Part shown: one piece after another, positions 19,375 through 29,015 of the stretch
Layout: each line of letters starts with the position of its first letter
Numbering within the stretch: position 1 is the stretch's first letter
Source: Nanobdellota archaeon
GTDB taxonomy: Archaea > Nanobdellota > Nanobdellia > Pacearchaeales > GW2011-AR1
Direction of reading: 5' to 3'
Assembly (NCBI GenBank): GCA_038045945.1
Contig: JBBSXC010000004.1
Location: forward strand, 1-64,000
Length of the DNA: 64,000 nt
Notes under the pieces: model-generated
The model's input: the letters and a program-made list of their open reading frames with translations, nothing else
Told to the model about the DNA's origin: nothing
Databases searched by the model: none
Translations under genes and position numbers: made by a program

Positions 19375-19980
19375 TTATAACCACTTCTTGCCAGTTAAGA
19401 AGTCTTTAACCTTATGAAAAACGGCCTCGTGGCCTTTAGAGCTGAGGTGCAAGCCATCAGGAGAATCATTAATGCTCACACTACTAAGGCCAATAACTTC
19501 AATACCCCTATTTTTACAAACTGATAATAAAACATCATTGTAATCACTAATTCTTTTATTAGTAAAGAACACATTTTTGTCCCACTCAACAGGTTTAGTT
19601 CTCTTCTCATCAACAGGTAAAAGGCTCAAAAAAGCAACTTTGTCAGTAAAGGATTTAGCACTATCAATAATTAATGAAAGATTATTTTTATAATCCTCTA
19701 AAGTAACAGCATTATCGCTTTCTGGGTTAGCAGAGTCATTAGAACCAATATCAATAAGGATTATGTCAGGATTACGAGCAGAGGCTTCACCTTCAATTCT
19801 AGATAACAAATTATCAGAATTATTACCATTTATGCCTAAATTATAAGTTTCATAATAAAAGTCATCCTCACTAAAACACCTCTTATCAAGCCATAATCTT
19901 AAACGATTAACCCATCCGCCAAGCTCAGTATCCCAAGCACCCCACTCATTACTATCACCAAAAACACATATAACACCCAT
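19375..19980 (-). CDS. SGNH/GDSL hydrolase
   Basis: FGDS, NLGING, IGSND and DGLH blocks. Confidence 0.93.
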   Translation of the reverse strand: MGVICVFGDSNEWGAWDTELGGWVNRLRLWLDKRCFSEDDFYYETYNLGINGNNSDNLLSRIEGEASARNPDIILIDIGSNDSANPESDNAVTLEDYKNNLSLIIDSAKSFTDKVAFLSLLPVDEKRTKPVEWDKNVFFTNKRISDYNDVLLSVCKNRGIEVIGLSSVSINDSPDGLHLSSKGHEAVFHKVKDFLTGKKWL

Positions 19981-20045
19981 AAAAAAATTAAGTAAGACTA
20001 AGTATATAAATAGTTAGGATAATATTTCATGATAAGAGGTGAATC

Positions 20046-20519
20046 ATGTCAAACAAATCAAAGGGAAGCACAATGGAGAGGGAACTAGTGAAACTCTTCA
20101 CAGAGAAGGGTTGGAGAGCAGCAAGAGTAGCTGGAAGCGGAGTAGGAGATGACAGCCCTTGTGACATAATAGCAGGAAAGGTTGGAAGAAAAGGAGTGTG
20201 CGTAGAAGTAAAAAGTTCAAGAAAAGAAACAATATACATAACAAAAGCACAAATAGAAGACTTCTTATTATTCTCAAGCATGATAGGAACAAAAGCCGTA
20301 ATAGCATTAAGATTCTTAAGAGAAGGATGGTTATTCATAGACCCATCAGAACTACGAGACACAGGAAAACTATTAGGAGTGCACTTAAAAGACGCAAGAA
20401 TAAGAGGGAAAAAGTTTAATCAATACTTTGAAGAAAACGAAAAAGAAGTACCACACGACTTAGTAGATGACGAACACTTCAAAGAAGATGAAGTGGAAGA
20501 AGACAAAGTAATAGACTAG
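20046..20519 (+). CDS. hjc: Holliday junction resolvase with acidic tail
   Basis: KGSTMEREL..RVAGSG..DIIAG..EVKS. Confidence 0.95.
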   Translation: MSNKSKGSTMERELVKLFTEKGWRAARVAGSGVGDDSPCDIIAGKVGRKGVCVEVKSSRKETIYITKAQIEDFLLFSSMIGTKAVIALRFLREGWLFIDPSELRDTGKLLGVHLKDARIRGKKFNQYFEENEKEVPHDLVDDEHFKEDEVEEDKVID

Positions 20520-20560
20520 ACTAATAGAAAACCTTTAATTATCCGACTACTTGTAAAGTT

Positions 20561-21685
20561 ATGCTAAGACAAAGGATTTTGTTAGTATTAGTGTTTTTAA
20601 CTTTAACAACTGTTTCTGGCATCAAAATAAACGAAGTAGAAGCAAACCCGCAAGGATCAGACTCAGGAGAAGAATGGGTAGAATTATACACAGAAGAAAC
20701 CGTAAGCATTGACGGATGGAAAATAATGAGGTCAGATAACAAAACACAAAATCTGAGCGGAAACATAACTAGCGGATACTACACCATAAACATAAGCACA
20801 CAATGGATAACAAACACACAAGAAAACATATACCTAATAAACAATAATGGAGAGATAATAGACTCATTAGTATCAATAAATGATAGCGCAAATGACAACA
20901 AGAGCTGGCAGTACTGCCCAGAAGGATGGATTTTTATCAGCGAGACCAAAACAAGAGAAAATAATTGCCAAATAGCAGAAAACAATACCGCAAATAATAC
21001 ACCACAGAACGCCGTAAACGTCACCAACATAACACAAAACAATAATACTAACCAATCAGAAAACCAGACTAGTCTTATAATAATAAAAACAGATTTTTCT
21101 CAAAGTTTTAGGAACGGTGAAGAAGCAGAATTATTAGTAGAAATGATAAATTTAGAAAACTATTATTATGACATAAAAATATTATTAACTGATGATGAAG
21201 AAAGCACATTATCAGAAATAAACATTGGAGAAGGATGGCAAAACTCATTCTACTACATTAAAGACTTTATAAAAGGACCAGGAAACCTCAGTAAAACAGT
21301 AAGAATAAGAATCAAAGAAGAATACTCAGACTTAGAAGGAGAATACAAAATTGACTTAAGATTAAGAAAAAGAGACTCATCAAGTTATAAACAAATAACA
21401 GGAAAAATTATGGTATTACCAAAAAATAATGAAGAAGTCCATGAGGAAAAATCAGAATTCGTAACAACTAGTCAATCACTAACAAGTAAATCTGAAGCCA
21501 GCAATAAAATGATATACCTAAATTATGATGATTCACAAAGTATAAAAAGCGACATTATTTATCAGTCAAAGAACCAAAAGGCGAGAAATTATTTACCTTA
21601 CGCACTAACACTCTTATGCGTACTAATAATAACCTTTTTGTTAATAAAAAAGAACCATGATAATAAAAGCATCAATAATTTTTGA
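20561..21685 (+). CDS. Lamin-tail-domain surface protein with C-terminal TM
   Basis: Signal peptide; INEVEANP.GSD..EWVELY..GWKI. Confidence 0.85.
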   Translation: MLRQRILLVLVFLTLTTVSGIKINEVEANPQGSDSGEEWVELYTEETVSIDGWKIMRSDNKTQNLSGNITSGYYTINISTQWITNTQENIYLINNNGEIIDSLVSINDSANDNKSWQYCPEGWIFISETKTRENNCQIAENNTANNTPQNAVNVTNITQNNNTNQSENQTSLIIIKTDFSQSFRNGEEAELLVEMINLENYYYDIKILLTDDEESTLSEINIGEGWQNSFYYIKDFIKGPGNLSKTVRIRIKEEYSDLEGEYKIDLRLRKRDSSSYKQITGKIMVLPKNNEEVHEEKSEFVTTSQSLTSKSEASNKMIYLNYDDSQSIKSDIIYQSKNQKARNYLPYALTLLCVLIITFLLIKKNHDNKSINNF

Positions 21686-22178
21686 AATAATAGGAAGACC
21701 AGCAGAATTCTTAGTAGAATCATTAGAAGAAGTAGTAAAAAAAGTATCAGAAGAAAAAGGAGTAAAAATAATCAAAAGTACAGTACACCAGCCTAAAGAT
21801 GTGCCTGACAAAAAAGGAATTTATTCAAGCTTTGTAGAAGTAGAAGCGGATTTTGATAACCAAGACTCATTATTCATGACAATGTTCAATTATATGCCAG
21901 CAAACGTAGAAATTGTTAAGCCAGAAGAGTGGAAATTCACAATTAACGAATTCAACATATTCGTAAACGAACTCTTGCGAAAACTACACCAGTACGACAG
22001 TTTAGCAAAAGCATTCATACTAGAAAAAAACAATATGCAAGCATACATTAACGAAATGCAAGAAAAACTTCAAAATTTGTCAGAAGAAATAAAGATGCCA
22101 AAACTAGAAGTGAGCAATTTTGGTGAAGAAAGAGCAGAAAAAAAGAGTAGTAAGAAAGCTAAAAAGAGTAAGAAATAA
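21657..22178 (+). CDS. Conserved hypothetical protein (ferredoxin-like fold plus coiled coil)
   Basis: FEIIGRP..FVEVE..YMPANVEIVKP..LHQYD. Confidence 0.8.
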   Translation: MIIKASIIFEIIGRPAEFLVESLEEVVKKVSEEKGVKIIKSTVHQPKDVPDKKGIYSSFVEVEADFDNQDSLFMTMFNYMPANVEIVKPEEWKFTINEFNIFVNELLRKLHQYDSLAKAFILEKNNMQAYINEMQEKLQNLSEEIKMPKLEVSNFGEERAEKKSSKKAKKSKK

Positions 22179-22184
22179 TAAAAA

Positions 22185-23474
22185 TTATTTTTTTGTTTGT
22201 TCTTTGAATTGGTTATCAAACTTTTTTGTTAAATCATTAATTTTGTTATCAGGACTAGCTTTAGATGCCTTATACTTCTTATAAAACATGTATCCAACAA
22301 CTATCAAGACCAACACACCAATAATTATTAGTAATGTTGATGCCGAACCCCCACTACCAGACTTACTTCTAGGGATGCATTGTGAAAGGCAGCAAAGACC
22401 TTCAACAGAATTAGTATAATTACCAGAGCATAACTCATCAGAGAAGCATAAAACCCCACCAACACTAACACATGATGATAAACTACCAGTAGTTAAGTTA
22501 TCAGAGGTTATGGAAGAATTAAGTTTGTTAACAACACTTATGAAGACTTTTGATGAATCAGAAAAGTTTTCTGTGAAGAAAGTTACTTGCCCTTCAAAAG
22601 AATCAACCCTCGACGGAGTAACGATCTTTACTGGAACGTTACGAACCGCGAAACCGCTCAAGTTTTCAATGACTAAAGTGTTAAAACGTAAAACGTCAGA
22701 CAAGTCTGAAGAATAACTAATAGTTATTTTATCAATCGCCGTAGAACCAAGATTCTCAACAGTTAAATTAATGTTTTTCTCAACACCCCTAATAACCTCT
22801 AAACTAATATCTCTAGGACCAATCTTGAATAATGCTTCAGAATTATTATAAGATGATTGGTTAGAAGAAGCATTACCAGTTATTACATAAACAGGTAAAG
22901 AATAACTAGTGTTTGATGATGTTAAAGTTAATGGATAAATTCCTGAAGAAGGAATTTTTACAATGGAAAATTGTAATTCTTTAACTCTCCCATAACCAAC
23001 ATTAGTAGTTGTTTGTTGATTATTAAAACCACTAGTCAACGTTAAGTCAGAACCTAAATTCTTAATAGTTACAAGAAAGTCTTTGTTAGTAACGATTACT
23101 CCAGGAGTAACAGAAAAGTCTGCTACTGACCCATTAACAGAAACATTAGCTGTTATGTTAGAAGTGCTTTCTTTTCCTTGCTCAAAATAAGCAACATTAC
23201 TCAAAACCATCCTATAATCCTTTTCTTCAACCGGTAGAACAGCATAAATGAAGTAACTATTACCTAATTTTGTTACGTCATAATCCATAGAAACAAGCTT
23301 ATTACCATAATAAAAGTTAACGTCTGAGTGCTTTATAGGACTAATAATATTACCTTTAAGTTCTGCTATAAGTGTTTCACCCGGGTGGAAACGATCATTA
23401 AGTACTAGCTGGACAGCCGAAGCCAATGATGAGGAAATGATCAATAATATAAAAAAACCGAGTATTTTATTCAT
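22185..23474 (-). CDS. Surface protein with Ig-like domains, a 6-Cys module and a C-terminal TM
   Basis: Signal peptide; CVSVGGVLC..C..CC..C; TM and basic tail. Confidence 0.85.
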   Translation of the reverse strand: MNKILGFFILLIISSSLASAVQLVLNDRFHPGETLIAELKGNIISPIKHSDVNFYYGNKLVSMDYDVTKLGNSYFIYAVLPVEEKDYRMVLSNVAYFEQGKESTSNITANVSVNGSVADFSVTPGVIVTNKDFLVTIKNLGSDLTLTSGFNNQQTTTNVGYGRVKELQFSIVKIPSSGIYPLTLTSSNTSYSLPVYVITGNASSNQSSYNNSEALFKIGPRDISLEVIRGVEKNINLTVENLGSTAIDKITISYSSDLSDVLRFNTLVIENLSGFAVRNVPVKIVTPSRVDSFEGQVTFFTENFSDSSKVFISVVNKLNSSITSDNLTTGSLSSCVSVGGVLCFSDELCSGNYTNSVEGLCCLSQCIPRSKSGSGGSASTLLIIIGVLVLIVVGYMFYKKYKASKASPDNKINDLTKKFDNQFKEQTKK

Positions 23475-23482
23475 TTTCCCTT

Positions 23483-25309
23483 TTATTTACTGATGTCTTT
23501 TAGTTTTTTGAATGTTTCATCTAATTCCCTATCCTTCTCAGAATTTCTTTTCATAGGTGCAGCTTTTGGCTGAGAAGCAGGACCTGGAGAATAATTGCTT
23601 TGTGTTGGTCTATAAGGGGGAGAGGACGTTGGCCTTCTCAAAGGCATTAGTGGTGGAATACCACCGAATGGAGGTCTTGTTTTATCAACTGATCCTTCTT
23701 TGAATCCTTTAGACTTAAAAATTTTCTTTCTGAATATAACTAATGCTAAAATAATTATTACTAGTATTACTAAAACCCAAACCCACCATGAAACACCACC
23801 ACTTGAAGGTGTTGTAACTTGTGATTTTGCTCCACAACAAATCTTACTATCACTGGCGCCACAAGAGTAAGGTTTTGTTTCTTGGTCTGAGAAGCACGAT
23901 GATGAAAGGCATGAGTAACCTACCGCTTCACAATCAGTAGTGCTCACGTCTTGCTGAATACAAGTGCCAGAAACACAGCAAGTGCCTAGGTCTGATGAGG
24001 GTACAACATTACCAGAACATGATTGTGATGAAGAACAAAGAATTCCGCTTTTGCTCGAGCATGAGACTGGAGCAATATTCTTAGAGCAACAAACTGATGC
24101 ACCAGCGCAAGAATAATCCATTAAACTACCGCTAACTGATGAACATTCAGAATTACTTAAACAAAAACCGCCTTTTGATTGACAAGTTTGAGTAGAAGAA
24201 GGACCGGCTATTGGAGGAGTTCTTGAAGGCCAACCAGCGTACAATAAGAAAGCAGTGTCTCGCAGGGATCCCCAACAACCAGCAGAATCTTGAGTGTTAG
24301 ATAACCAATCCTTAATTTTTGCTAATTCATTAGATGAGGAAGTCCCTATTGATAACATTGTTAGAGCAGTATCATAACCTTTTTTGTAAGGTGAAGAAAA
24401 ATCAAAATAACCAGAATCTTTTTGATACTTTTGTAATAATGAGTAATACTCGCTAAAACCCGTAAGTTGGTACAAAAATGCGTATGAACCAAACCTTTGG
24501 TTTTCTTCAGCGAAAGATATCAAGTAAGGCATGAATTGCTCAAAATCTCCCTTATTAGCTGATAGTAACATAGCAGTCCAAGCAGTCCCTTCATAATCAC
24601 ATTTCCCCCTATCAGCTATGCAGTAAGAATTAATCTGGTGAGTTAGTTTACCGTTAGCAGAGGAGGACTTAGTATCTGATGAAATGTAGTATTTCTCCTC
24701 CCCTTTTTTGGAATAAACAGTGTTAGAAGTAAAGTCTTTCTCACAAGTAAACTCGAAAGAGTAAGGCAAGCATGACCGATCAATTTGTAACCAGTAAGAG
24801 TCTCTGGAAGTCTTAAAACAAGAACCAGATATTGAATCAATTCTTTTATCACTCATAATCCTAAAGTTGTAAGACTTAGAATTATAAGTAACCGAACATT
24901 TTGATTCACCATCAGTATCAACTTGTAAAAACCAGTTAATGTCAGTTGGAGTGATATTTTTAGCTGATAAATAGTTTCTACCCTTAACAGAGTTTAATGC
25001 TAAACTAGCGATAGCAGTTTGTTTTAAATCGCAACTAGCAGCAGGCCAACACTCACTATCGCGAGACTTAGAAATTAATGATTGAGTACATTTACCCGTT
25101 GTTAAAACAGCAAAAGCTTGTTCTTCAATACTTAAAGAAGCACAATTATCAGTTTTACCATCGCTTGAAGAAACTTTTCCCATAACGCAAGAATAAGCTT
25201 TATCATCAATAGACTTAGAAGCATTAGAATTATTTGTTTGAGCAATAGCTGAAAATGATAAAGAAACAACTAGTAATAAGAACAATAATTTAACACCCAA
25301 CTTTTTCAT
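23483..25309 (-). CDS. Surface protein with a helical-toroid-like region, three small Cys-rich modules, TM and Pro-rich cytoplasmic tail
   Basis: WLSNTQDSAGCWG..DTAFLLYA; C..GG.C..C..C..CC-type modules x3; RPPFGGIPP tail. Confidence 0.85.
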   Translation of the reverse strand: MKKLGVKLLFLLLVVSLSFSAIAQTNNSNASKSIDDKAYSCVMGKVSSSDGKTDNCASLSIEEQAFAVLTTGKCTQSLISKSRDSECWPAASCDLKQTAIASLALNSVKGRNYLSAKNITPTDINWFLQVDTDGESKCSVTYNSKSYNFRIMSDKRIDSISGSCFKTSRDSYWLQIDRSCLPYSFEFTCEKDFTSNTVYSKKGEEKYYISSDTKSSSANGKLTHQINSYCIADRGKCDYEGTAWTAMLLSANKGDFEQFMPYLISFAEENQRFGSYAFLYQLTGFSEYYSLLQKYQKDSGYFDFSSPYKKGYDTALTMLSIGTSSSNELAKIKDWLSNTQDSAGCWGSLRDTAFLLYAGWPSRTPPIAGPSSTQTCQSKGGFCLSNSECSSVSGSLMDYSCAGASVCCSKNIAPVSCSSKSGILCSSSQSCSGNVVPSSDLGTCCVSGTCIQQDVSTTDCEAVGYSCLSSSCFSDQETKPYSCGASDSKICCGAKSQVTTPSSGGVSWWVWVLVILVIIILALVIFRKKIFKSKGFKEGSVDKTRPPFGGIPPLMPLRRPTSSPPYRPTQSNYSPGPASQPKAAPMKRNSEKDRELDETFKKLKDISK

Positions 25310-25328
25310 AAAATCAACAAGGAAGAAT

Positions 25329-26969
25329 CTATTTATAATCCTTTCCTCGGCTATTAGAAAACATTTTTCTTATGGTGTAACTAACAGGATTTTTTGATTT
25401 TAGCTCATCTGAGGTAGGAGTAATACCAATACCTTTGTAATGAGGCTTATCATAATTTGGTGGAAGAAGCTTTTTTTGCTTATAAGACCATGAAACTTGT
25501 GATGAAACATAACCGTCACGCAAAGGCTTCTTATTCTTTTTGTTCCAATCATTAACAAGCTTAACAACTTCTTCCTCAGAAAAATTAAGTGACTTAAAAT
25601 AATTAATAAGAATAAATAATCCCCTCTTCCTACCATCACCTAAACCTTTTAGTATTTCCTCAATAACCGGAGCGTACACTAACTTACTACGATCAATAAC
25701 AACTTCCTTAAACTCTTTTTTACCACCGTTATAAAGCGATGGAGTTTTAGATGATCCTTCATCAGCCTTCTTATTCTTAGCAAACCAATCTAAAGAATCA
25801 ACAACTAAACGCTTAGCCTCATCAGGAAAAGCAACAGGAAGGAAAGGTTTAGGAATAACCCTCATAGGATCAGCATCAGCATGCTTAAAACCAATAATTT
25901 CTGACTTATCAACAACCGCACTAGAAAGAGAAGTCTTCTCATGAAGAGAATAAGGAGCCCTAAACAAGTGACGAGGAGAAACAAGGATAACATCAAGACC
26001 TAACTGCTCATAAATATCAGGAAGAGCCTCATTAGAAAAAGCTCCAGGGCTATCTTTAGAGTTAAGATTAATCCTCTTACACTCAGACTCCTCACAAAAA
26101 TAAACCTTTTCTTTAGAAGACTTAGAAATTAGAGAACTACACTGAACACACTTCCTCTGCTTACCATTAATGAAAGAACTATCCTTATCAGATGACTCAA
26201 CATCTGTAATACCCCTCCGGAGTTGTTGCTTAGTACTACAAGAAGAACAAGTAAGAGTAATAAGATAGTAAGAATTAGCAATATTTTTACAATTCTCACA
26301 CCTAACACCGATATTAGCACTACCTTTAAGACTATTCCACAATTCCCCATCACCCTTAAGATACTTCTCCAGTTTATCCTTACAATTATCCATTAAGTAA
26401 CCAACGATAATCCTAGGAATTCCAGGAAACATTTTAGCTGTTTCTTGACCATTAATTTCTTTAGGAAAAGCCTCCCAAGGAACAATAATATGAAAACCTT
26501 TATTACCAGAAAATTTTGCTCGATAATTCTTAATACCATGGCTCTCTAAAGAATCAATAATAGAGATAGCAGCATACTTAGCAACCTCAAAATACTTAGA
26601 ATCAATATCAACAAGCAAATCCCAACCATCACGCAAATCATTAACATCAGCCTCTTCTGAACCTACAGCCATAACATCCTTCCATCTTTCCTCAGAACAA
26701 TGAAAAGAAGTAGTACCATTACGAGCGAGAGTTAAAACCTCAGTGGGGTAATCTAAGGCATTAGGACGTTTACCAAAAGACTCCCAATATTTAGGAACAG
26801 TCTCACGCTTAACACAAAAATCAAAAATAGCCTTTTGAACATCCTTCCTAGAATAATAAGAAAGAGCAACAGAACGAACCTTAACTTCTTTAGGGTCAGG
26901 ACCAGCACCAAGAACCGCCCCTTTACCGTTTTGCAAAGAATCACCCATTAACGAGTAATGAAAGACCAA
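25329..26969 (-). CDS. Fused DNA primase (PriS plus PriL/PriX-like C-terminal domain) with Zn-finger insertion
   Basis: WDLLVDID, KFSGNKGFH and RHLFRAPYSLH; CxxC pairs inserted; C-terminal DGRKR..W..N..PL domain. Confidence 0.93.
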   Translation of the reverse strand: MVFHYSLMGDSLQNGKGAVLGAGPDPKEVKVRSVALSYYSRKDVQKAIFDFCVKRETVPKYWESFGKRPNALDYPTEVLTLARNGTTSFHCSEERWKDVMAVGSEEADVNDLRDGWDLLVDIDSKYFEVAKYAAISIIDSLESHGIKNYRAKFSGNKGFHIIVPWEAFPKEINGQETAKMFPGIPRIIVGYLMDNCKDKLEKYLKGDGELWNSLKGSANIGVRCENCKNIANSYYLITLTCSSCSTKQQLRRGITDVESSDKDSSFINGKQRKCVQCSSLISKSSKEKVYFCEESECKRINLNSKDSPGAFSNEALPDIYEQLGLDVILVSPRHLFRAPYSLHEKTSLSSAVVDKSEIIGFKHADADPMRVIPKPFLPVAFPDEAKRLVVDSLDWFAKNKKADEGSSKTPSLYNGGKKEFKEVVIDRSKLVYAPVIEEILKGLGDGRKRGLFILINYFKSLNFSEEEVVKLVNDWNKKNKKPLRDGYVSSQVSWSYKQKKLLPPNYDKPHYKGIGITPTSDELKSKNPVSYTIRKMFSNSRGKDYK

Positions 26970-27070
26970 TTTAAAACGATTATGTTACTAAAAGGTAAGG
27001 AATAATAACTAAGAACTAGTTGTCAAATGAATATAACAAAGCTTAAAAAGAAATTACGGCTCCCATCGAC

Positions 27071-27808
27071 ATGCTGTTAAAGTTGGAACACCCAAAAATT
27101 TTATCTGAAGTAATATCAATAGTTTCTGAATTAGTGTCAGAAGTAAGGTTCCGATTTGATGATAACGGAATGAACTTAGTAGCAGTAGACCCAGCAACAG
27201 TAGCATTAACAGCGCTAAACATACCAAAAAGCGCTTTTTCTATATACGAAGCGGGTAACGAAATGGTTGGAGTAAACCTAGAAGGACTAAAATCGGTTTT
27301 ACGAAGATGTAGGACAGGAAGCAGCCTAATACTAAAAACAGAGGACAACTTTTTAAGAGTAGAAATACACGACAAAATAAAAAGAGTATTCCACCTAGCA
27401 CTAATGGATATTGAAGGAGAACAGAGAGAAATACCACAATTAGAATTCTCAAACGAAATAGAGATGTCAAGCCTAGACTTTTTCGAATCAGTAGAGGACT
27501 GTAAAATAATGGCAGATTCGTGCACATTCCAAAAAAGAGAAAACAAGTTCATAATGGAAGCAGCAGGACTAAACTCAGTTAAACTAGAATTCTCAAGCGA
27601 CGAAGCAAAAATAGTAGGGTCAGACGGAGACGGAAGGTACAGTTTAGAATACTTGCAAAAATTCACTAAAGCATGCAAAGTAACAGACAGAGTTAAACTA
27701 AGCTTCGTTAACGCAAACGAAGACACATACCCACTAAAATTAGAATTCGTAATAGGAAGAATAGCACTAATATTCATCCTAGCACCAAGACAAAAAACAG
27801 ACAACTAA
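27071..27808 (+). CDS. pcn: PCNA sliding clamp
   Basis: AVDPATVAL..F..Y, YSLEYL, PLKLEF..ILAPR. Confidence 0.96.
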   Translation: MLLKLEHPKILSEVISIVSELVSEVRFRFDDNGMNLVAVDPATVALTALNIPKSAFSIYEAGNEMVGVNLEGLKSVLRRCRTGSSLILKTEDNFLRVEIHDKIKRVFHLALMDIEGEQREIPQLEFSNEIEMSSLDFFESVEDCKIMADSCTFQKRENKFIMEAAGLNSVKLEFSSDEAKIVGSDGDGRYSLEYLQKFTKACKVTDRVKLSFVNANEDTYPLKLEFVIGRIALIFILAPRQKTDN

Positions 27809-27816
27809 AAAACATA

Positions 27817-28140
27817 ATGTCAACAGCAATATACTTAGGAATAATAAGAGAAGAAAAAATAAAGTATTGCGGAGCATTAGTGGATGATGAGGACTTATTT
27901 GATACTAGAACAGTGGAAACAAAAGATCCAAAAGAAACATACGAAAAAGTGGCAGATTTTTACGCAGAAACAATAAGAAAACATGGATTAGGAGAAGTCA
28001 CAATAGTTAATGGGAGAAGAATAGACCTAGTAAGCGAATCAATACATGACTGTGAGGAACTGCCAGAAACTTTACTAGATGCCTTCACAAAAAAGTTAGA
28101 ATCATTAGTTGATCAACCAATAATACTAGAACAGCAATAA
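27817..28140 (+). CDS. Hypothetical protein
   Basis: 107-aa ORF co-oriented with PCNA. Confidence 0.65.
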   Translation: MSTAIYLGIIREEKIKYCGALVDDEDLFDTRTVETKDPKETYEKVADFYAETIRKHGLGEVTIVNGRRIDLVSESIHDCEELPETLLDAFTKKLESLVDQPIILEQQ

Positions 28141-28187
28141 TGATGATTAAGTAAGTGTTTATATATATAAAAAATTCTCTATATATC

Positions 28188-28976
28188 ATGTTCAGCAGAG
28201 GTGGTTTTCTTAACAAAAGAGGTCAGGTGACAATGTTCATAATAATAGCAATATTACTAGTGGCCGCAGTAGCATTCTACATATTACTAAGAGGGAAAAT
28301 AACAGAAATAATACCATCAAACAAACCAGCTGAAAACATAAACAGGTATATCAGCGAATGCGTAGAAGACTCAGTTAGGGAAAAATTAGTGATGATAACA
28401 GAACAAGGAGGATTTGCCAGTCCAGAATTATACATTAATCATAGTGGAATAAAAGTAGCGTATTTATGTTACAACAATTTATACTACAGCCCTTGCATTA
28501 ACCAAGCACCACACTACATTAATCATTTAGAAAGAGAAATAAAGAACAGCATATCGCAAGACGTAGAAAACTGCTTTACAACACTAAGTGAAGACTACCA
28601 ACAAAAAAGTGTAGGAATAACAACTAGCGAAACAGAAAGCACAAATGTAGAATTACTTGACAAAAAAATAATAGTCACAATAAAAAAAGAGGTGATGATT
28701 AATGATAGAGATGAAACAAAACAGTATAATGATTTCAAAACAATAATCAATTCACCACTATACAACCTAGCAAGAACAGCTATGGAAATAGTCTTTCAAG
28801 AAGCAACATTCTGCCACGCAGAATACTTAGGATACCAAACACTATACCCATGGGTTGAAATAAGCGTTAGTGACATAAAAAGTCACTCCAGAGTATACAA
28901 AATAGTTGATAAGAATACTGGAACAAAACTAAACATGGCAGTAAGAAGTTGTGCCATACCAATGGGACTCGGGTAA
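28188..28976 (+). CDS. Type IV pilin-like protein (class III signal), large
   Basis: NKRG|QVTMFIIIAILLVAAV; YLCY..YYSPC motif shared with 34797..35597. Confidence 0.85.
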   Translation: MFSRGGFLNKRGQVTMFIIIAILLVAAVAFYILLRGKITEIIPSNKPAENINRYISECVEDSVREKLVMITEQGGFASPELYINHSGIKVAYLCYNNLYYSPCINQAPHYINHLEREIKNSISQDVENCFTTLSEDYQQKSVGITTSETESTNVELLDKKIIVTIKKEVMINDRDETKQYNDFKTIINSPLYNLARTAMEIVFQEATFCHAEYLGYQTLYPWVEISVSDIKSHSRVYKIVDKNTGTKLNMAVRSCAIPMGLG

Positions 28977-29015
28977 AAACTCTAGGCGAGTTTTTATTTG
29001 AGAAAAAAGAGAAAA

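Noticed and set aside
27043..27804. Long antisense ORFs (e.g. 27043-27804, 17554-18072, 30788-31342, 40283-41014, 63504-63911)
   Set aside because: Leu/Phe/Ser-rich shadows of well-supported genes, probably favoured by the strong codon bias; no motifs.
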